From Neisseriaceae bacterium (GTDB lineage: Bacteria; Pseudomonadota; Gammaproteobacteria; Burkholderiales; Neisseriaceae), in contig JASLBZ010000094.1 in NCBI GenBank assembly GCA_030146285.1, forward strand, positions 1 to 38,107: a stretch of DNA of 38,107 nt, read 5' to 3'. The position numbers were made by a program, and so were the translations under genes. Below are positions 33,610 through 38,107 of the stretch, one piece after another. The stretch's first letter is position 1; every line of letters starts with the position of its first letter. A model generated the notes under the pieces. It ran no database searches. It was given only the letters and a program-made list of their open reading frames with translations, and was not told the DNA's origin.

Positions 33610-35331
33610 TTAAGGGCATTTCAAACCAATTTCGGTAATGGTATTGCCATCGAGTGCTTTGACCGTGAGGTAAAAATCATCCAAGGTGATTTTATCGCCC
33701 TCAGAAGGTGGTGAATCTAAACGTTTCTTAATCAATTGTGCCGCAGTTAACTGCTGTTCATGTTCAGGTAAAGCAATGCCGTAAATCATTGATAAATCTG
33801 CCATTGAGCTGTCTGGGCTGATATTGAACTCACCAAAGAAGCTGGCTTGAACGCTCATGTTAGCACCTGAGTTATCAAAAATAATGGCCAAATTGGCAAT
33901 GAATTTTTCAGGCACAGAATACCAAACATGGTCTTGTGCTTGTAGCTTGGTTTGCTCTCGAATGGGAACCAATTGTCCATCACGAATGAGTGCAAAGCAG
34001 CGAATGTTTAATGCATCCAAATGGTTGCCGATCAAATCAGGATGAGCACCACAGGCTTCAGAGCCTTTGTCAACACAATATTCATGCAGTGGCACAACGG
34101 CTTTGTCGCCGACCCAGATTTCGCGAGTGTCAATGGGCTCTGGTTTGGGTGGTAGGCTGACTTTGAATAATTTTGCCATGGGTGCAATGCTCGCACCTTG
34201 TACCAAAAGAGAAATCAGAACAATGGTAAAACAAATATCAAACAATAGGCGGGATCCTTCAACGCCCATCATCACCGGTAAAATCGCCAAGGTTACTGGA
34301 ACTGCACCACGCAAGCCAACCCAGCTGATAAATGCCATTTCATTTTTGGGAAATTTAAACCATTTTAATGTGCTGTACACCGCGATAGGCCGTGCCACCA
34401 AAATCAACACCACTGCAATCCAAATGGCGTCAGTCAAATTAAACAGCAAGCGTTCAGGTGTCACCAATAAGCCCAATATCAAGAACATACCAGCCTGCGC
34501 TAGCCAAGCCAGACCATCCATGACACGCAAGACATGTTCGGTGGCATAACTTTTTCGGTTGCCAACCATAATACCAGCCAGATAGACCGCTAAAAATCCA
34601 CTGCCATCGACCAAATTGGTGGCAGCAAAAGTTAACAGGCCGCCTGAAACAATGAGTAGGGCATATAAGCCTTCTGCCAAATTCACTTTGGCAACCAAGC
34701 GCGCCAGAATCCAACCACCGACAAAACCGATCACCAAACCGAAACCAATTTGTTGTACCAGCATGAGAAAGAAGCTGCCAATGGAAGCTTGTTCTGGGTT
34801 CAGATTTAAGGCAATTAAGGCCATCACCAATAAAATGGCCATGGGGTCATTCGCGCCAGATTCGATTTCAAGCGTGGATTGAACGCGGTTGTGAAGGCGA
34901 ACTCCACTGTTTCGTAACAAACTGAATACGGCTGCAGCATCTGTTGAGCCAACGATGGCAGCCATTAAAAAGCCCATTTTCCAGCTAATATCAAGCAAAT
35001 AGGTGACAAAAATACCCAAAATGGCCACCGTGGCAATCACGCCCCAAGAGGCCAATACAGTAGCCGGTTTTAAGGCAACCCGGAAGCTGGAGGTTTTTGT
35101 TCTCAAACCACCGTCTAGCAAAATAATGGCCAAGGCCAATTGGCTGATTAATGTGGCGGAAAAGAAGTTATTAAAATGAATACCACCCGGGCCGTTTTCA
35201 CCAGCTAACATGCCGACAAACAAAAACATCAGCAACAATGGCAATCCTAAGCGTGCGGACAAAGTGGATGCCAACACGCTAATGAATAATAATATGCCCA
35301 TGAGCAAAAATAGGGTGTTAATACCGTCCAT
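33610..35331 (-). CDS. nhaP2: K+/H+ antiporter, NhaP2/CvrA type (CPA1 family with a C-terminal TrkA_C domain)
   Basis: 573 aa. The N-terminus (..LSARLGLPLLLMFLFVGMLAGENGPGGIHFNNF...ILLDGGLRT) resembles E. coli NhaP2/CvrA. It has about 12 TM segments and a soluble C-terminal regulatory domain. Confidence 0.88.
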   Translation of the reverse strand: MDGINTLFLLMGILLFISVLASTLSARLGLPLLLMFLFVGMLAGENGPGGIHFNNFFSATLISQLALAIILLDGGLRTKTSSFRVALKPATVLASWGVIATVAILGIFVTYLLDISWKMGFLMAAIVGSTDAAAVFSLLRNSGVRLHNRVQSTLEIESGANDPMAILLVMALIALNLNPEQASIGSFFLMLVQQIGFGLVIGFVGGWILARLVAKVNLAEGLYALLIVSGGLLTFAATNLVDGSGFLAVYLAGIMVGNRKSYATEHVLRVMDGLAWLAQAGMFLILGLLVTPERLLFNLTDAIWIAVVLILVARPIAVYSTLKWFKFPKNEMAFISWVGLRGAVPVTLAILPVMMGVEGSRLLFDICFTIVLISLLVQGASIAPMAKLFKVSLPPKPEPIDTREIWVGDKAVVPLHEYCVDKGSEACGAHPDLIGNHLDALNIRCFALIRDGQLVPIREQTKLQAQDHVWYSVPEKFIANLAIIFDNSGANMSVQASFFGEFNISPDSSMADLSMIYGIALPEHEQQLTAAQLIKKRLDSPPSEGDKITLDDFYLTVKALDGNTITEIGLKCP

Positions 35332-35465
35332 GCCAGTTGTTAACTTTCATTAAATGTTATGTGAATAATTGTATGCGTTGAATCATGCTCGTAAATCTTA
35401 ACATGAATTGTGGTGTGCACTGAGCCTATTGCCAACTCAGGTATGGATTGTGATGTATTGCAAAT

Positions 35466-35492
35466 GAAAAAGCCTCAACATCGGTTGAGGCT
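35466..35492 (-). terminator. Rho-independent terminator after the glycine-zipper lipoprotein gene
   Basis: agcctcaac-atcg-gttgaggct (35471-35492); on the minus strand it is followed by uuuuu (35466-35470). Confidence 0.75.
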
Positions 35493-35513
35493 TGTAGTAG
35501 GACATAGGTAAAA

Positions 35514-35714
35514 TTATTTGATTTGGCTACCAATCAAGCCACCCAAAGCAGCACCACCCAATGTTGAACCTGTATCGCCACCGATAACATTACCAGCAAC
35601 ACCACCGACAGCAGCACCAATGGCAGCATTCTCTTGTTTTTTAGAAAGGTTAGCACAGCCAAATAAAGAAACAGTTAAAGCAGCTAAAGCAAGATATTTT
35701 GCAACAGATTTCAT
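35514..35714 (-). CDS. Small glycine-zipper lipoprotein (OsmB / 17-kDa-antigen-like)
   Basis: 66 aa. Lipobox LFG|C and a mature part dominated by GxxxG repeats (GAAVGGVAGNVIGGDTGSTLGGAALGGLIG). Confidence 0.75.
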   Translation of the reverse strand: MKSVAKYLALAALTVSLFGCANLSKKQENAAIGAAVGGVAGNVIGGDTGSTLGGAALGGLIGSQIK

Positions 35715-35841
35715 GGGGTTTCTCCAGTAAGGACACTGATAAAGTAATAAAATTTATCTGTAAAATATCTCAAAGTATAGCGCAGTAAACTGTATTTTTA
35801 TGTAAAGCCCGTGCTAATTTAATGCAACACTAAAAAGTATC

Positions 35842-36261
35842 TTATTGTCCTGCAGGCTCTGTAACAAAGCCAATTTTACTTAAGCCAGATTCCTGTGCCG
35901 CTTCAAGTGCTTGTGCAACAAATTTGTAAGGTACGGCTTCATCTGAGGCAATGGCAATAACCGTGTCAGCATCTTTTTTGGCTGTCTTGGTCAATTCAAC
36001 GGTCAAATTGGCCAAAGAATATTCGGTTTCGCCGATGTAGTATTTGCCATCTGATGAAATCGACAAACGCATGGGTTGGCTCGGCTCATTTTGTACCACT
36101 TCTGAGTTGGATTGAGGCAATTGCAATGGAATCGAATGCGTTAGTACTGGCATGGTCACCATAAATACAATCAACAACACCAACATCACATCCACCAATG
36201 GTGTGACGTTGATTTCTGCCATGGGCGCATCATCTTGATCGCCAAAAGAACCAAAAGACAT
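35842..36261 (-). CDS. exbD: TonB-system biopolymer transport protein ExbD
   Basis: 139 aa. The INVTPLVDVMLVLLIVFM motif and TM anchor. It directly follows exbB. Confidence 0.92.
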   Translation of the reverse strand: MSFGSFGDQDDAPMAEINVTPLVDVMLVLLIVFMVTMPVLTHSIPLQLPQSNSEVVQNEPSQPMRLSISSDGKYYIGETEYSLANLTVELTKTAKKDADTVIAIASDEAVPYKFVAQALEAAQESGLSKIGFVTEPAGQ

Positions 36262-36264
36262 GAT

Positions 36265-36936
36265 TTACTCCTGATTGTTAACAGGGTTGTTTAACAATTG
36301 TGCATGCAAGTCGTGCGCATAAGCATCTAAATCTTGGCGCATGGTTTTATTCAAACGAACCAATGCGTTGTAAGCCAATACTGCAGGGATGGCCACAAAT
36401 AAACCCGCTGCCGTTGCCACCAAAGCTTCACCAATAGGCTCTGCCACGGCAGCAATGGTAACCATGCCAGCTGTACTGATGTTCAATAGCGCATGGTAAA
36501 TACCCCATACTGTGCCAAATAAACCAATGAAAGGTGCTGTTGCGCCAATGGATGCCAATGATGTTAAACCACTGTCAAATGGGCGCATGGCTTGGTCCAT
36601 GGCTTTGCGAATGTGGCGAATCAAATACTCATTGCGAGGCACGGCAGCAGCCAAGGTTTTGCCTTTGGCGCTGTCGTAATTTTGATTGGCAGCAATGGCC
36701 TCTTCGGTCATGGTGGTAATCGGAGATTGAATGCTTTCAATGCGCTGAGTGGCTTCTTGGAAGCTGGTGGCATCCCAAAATGCATGTTGTGCCAATTTGT
36801 TGGCTTTTTTGGCTTTCATCACCGTATAAGTACGAATAATTAAGACACACCAAGACAGAATACTCATCAAAACCAATACCACGAAAACACCGATTAAAAC
36901 GGGATCACCTTGTTTGAATACGAGACCTAAATTCAT
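36265..36936 (-). CDS. exbB: TonB-system proton-channel protein ExbB (MotA/TolQ/ExbB family)
   Basis: 223 aa with three TM segments. Conserved C-terminal motif GATAPFIGLFGTVWGI...EALVATAAGLFVAIPAV. Confidence 0.92.
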   Translation of the reverse strand: MNLGLVFKQGDPVLIGVFVVLVLMSILSWCVLIIRTYTVMKAKKANKLAQHAFWDATSFQEATQRIESIQSPITTMTEEAIAANQNYDSAKGKTLAAAVPRNEYLIRHIRKAMDQAMRPFDSGLTSLASIGATAPFIGLFGTVWGIYHALLNISTAGMVTIAAVAEPIGEALVATAAGLFVAIPAVLAYNALVRLNKTMRQDLDAYAHDLHAQLLNNPVNNQE

Positions 36937-36992
36937 AATTTTCTACCAATAAATGTAATGTTAATTTTAAGTTAGCTGTTTGTTACTGTCGA

Positions 36993-37763
36993 TTACGACT
37001 TAATGTTAAAGACAATATTTGTTGTGTATCGGGTCGGAGCAGGTTTGCCATCTACCGTCTTGGGTCGAACTTTGGCGCTTTGTACTGCTTGTTTGGCCGC
37101 CCGATTCAATGCATTGCTTCTGGCTCGAGATGTAATCTGAACATCAGTAATGCTGCCATTGGCCTGAACCATAAATGACACACCGACTGTTCCTTCGTCA
37201 CCATTTTCTAATGCTTGCGCAGGGTATTTGCCTGCAATAGAAACGGAGCCACCTGAAACCACACTGGGTGTACCACTGCCGCTATTACCTGATGGTGTTG
37301 AGCTATTGTCTTTGCCGTTACCCGTTCCATTGTTATTGCCCACACCATTGTTTTGACTGGTGCTGGTATTGGGTTTGGTACTGTTGGTATCCGTTGCCTT
37401 TGTTGCGGTGGACTCTGTTGCTGTTGTTTGCTGGGCTACATCATTTACCGATTTATTGGTTTTGCTGGTTTTAATCGGTGGGTCTTTGGGCTTCTTAACA
37501 GGTTTGACAACAGTTTTTTCAACAGGCTTTTCTTTTACTACTTCCTTTTTTTGTGCTTGTTTGGGCGCGCTTTGACTTTCTTGTGCCACGGTGTTGGAGC
37601 TGATTTGTCCTGAGGATAAATCAATAAAAACCAAGGCTGCTTGGTCAGTATGGGGCTTATTTTCTTTGCTTGAGCCAAAAGTACTATAGGCCAAAATAAT
37701 CGCATGTACTGCGACGACAATAGCAACAATAAGGTATTGAGTAAGGTTTTTGTATTTTATCAT
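36993..37763 (-). CDS. tonB: Energy transducer TonB
   Basis: N-terminal TM anchor with a His (IVAIVVAVHAIILA), a K/P/V-rich spacer (KEKPVEKTVVKPVKKPKDPP), and a C-terminal TonB_C domain (YPAQALENGDEGTVGVSFMV...G). The tonB-exbB-exbD order is the one described for Neisseria. ATG 37763 is preferred over GTG 37769. Confidence 0.88.
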   Translation of the reverse strand: MIKYKNLTQYLIVAIVVAVHAIILAYSTFGSSKENKPHTDQAALVFIDLSSGQISSNTVAQESQSAPKQAQKKEVVKEKPVEKTVVKPVKKPKDPPIKTSKTNKSVNDVAQQTTATESTATKATDTNSTKPNTSTSQNNGVGNNNGTGNGKDNSSTPSGNSGSGTPSVVSGGSVSIAGKYPAQALENGDEGTVGVSFMVQANGSITDVQITSRARSNALNRAAKQAVQSAKVRPKTVDGKPAPTRYTTNIVFNIKS

Positions 37764-37776
37764 GATCACATGTAAT

Positions 37777-37795
37777 ATAAATGATAATTCATATC
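37777..37795. promoter_or_regulatory. Candidate Fur box in the tonB promoter
   Basis: ataaatgataattcatatc matches GATAATGATAATCATTATC at 13 of 19 positions, including a perfect AATGATAAT core. It lies 14-32 nt upstream of the tonB ATG. Confidence 0.55.
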
Positions 37796-37954
37796 AATTG
37801 CAAGTAGAGAAGCGCGATTGTACGCTAAAAATTTACAAATGTGTGTGTTACCTTAAAAAAACTTGGTTGGTTATTGGGATCAGTCACAGCAAAATAAAGC
37901 TTGTCATTCATGAAGGGGCTGCTTAGAATCATTTTTTTGAATTGAGTATCTGGT

Positions 37955-38107
37955 ATGGCTTGGGAGCAATGGTTGCTGTTTGTTTTTGCAACATTTTTTA
38001 TTTCGGCGACCCCTGGTCCCAATATGTTGTTGGCGTTTCAGTACGGTATTAATTATGGCGTCAAAAAAACATTTTATGCTTTATTGGGTTTGAGTGCGGG
38101 TTTATTA
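37955..38107 (+). CDS. LysE/RhtB-family amino-acid exporter (5' part only; runs off the right edge)
   Basis: My own translation from ATG 37955: MAWEQWLLFVFATFFISATPGPNMLLAFQYGINYGVKKTFYALLGLSAGLL. The ATPGPN motif is the LysE/RhtB N-terminal signature. Confidence 0.75.
   Translation, partial: MAWEQWLLFVFATFFISATPGPNMLLAFQYGINYGVKKTFYALLGLSAGLL

Noticed and set aside
37825-38022. A 65-aa minus-strand ORF in the tonB / LysE divergent region.
   Set aside because: It overlaps the clear LysE-family N-terminus (ATPGPN motif) on the opposite strand, and it lacks an RBS and any family features.
1-38107. A search for mobile elements, integrases or transposases, CRISPR arrays, tRNA or rRNA genes, toxin-antitoxin pairs and defence-system-like gene sets.
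   Set aside because: No ORF has transposase, integrase, nuclease-helicase or Cas-like features. There is no regularly spaced repeat array, no cloverleaf-compatible sequence in the intergenic regions I inspected, and no abrupt compositional island other than the small AT-rich paralog islet. The window appears to be ordinary core genome.

Overview
This 38.1-kb window looks like core chromosome with no mobile, defence or CRISPR content. I do not see a convincing previously undescribed multi-gene system, so the findings are modest observations. By eye the GC content is mid-40s percent (not computed). Gene content and order point to a Neisseriaceae-type betaproteobacterium: tonB-exbB-exbD order, mlaFEDCB with mlaA directly attached, amgK divergent from lptD-surA-pdxA, and a PhaM-like small protein.

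Genes from left to right:
- metH (5' part, minus strand) divergent from queC.
- A minus-strand cluster: apbC, DUF1653, O-methyltransferase, ydhR-like, selO.
- An AT-rich spacer region with two tandem paralogous small secreted proteins.
- waaA, then tamB and tamA.
- sstT plus a DUF4124-like secreted protein.
- amgK divergent from lptD-surA-pdxA.
- mlaF-E-D-C-B-A, followed by an acidic orphan protein, a YbgC-type thioesterase and a TlpA-like thiol-disulfide oxidoreductase.
- metG, an enoyl-CoA hydratase, a PhaM-like small protein, dnaE and an NhaP2-type K+/H+ antiporter.
- A glycine-zipper lipoprotein, exbD-exbB-tonB, and the start of a LysE-family exporter.

The strongest signal outside the genes is a heavily over-represented 12-mer, AGGCAGCCTGAA. 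It occurs as 6 perfect copies plus related GGCTGCCTGAA variants, and twice as inverted pairs that form intergenic terminators. It is identical to a published Neisseriaceae DNA uptake sequence dialect (AG-kingDUS).

Other observations:
- A good Fur-box match in the tonB promoter.
- Perfect palindromes in two divergent promoter regions.
- Short tandem repeats in the mla operon.
- Atypical features of MlaA, SurA and TonB.

All coordinates were indexed by hand and may be off by 1-2 nt.
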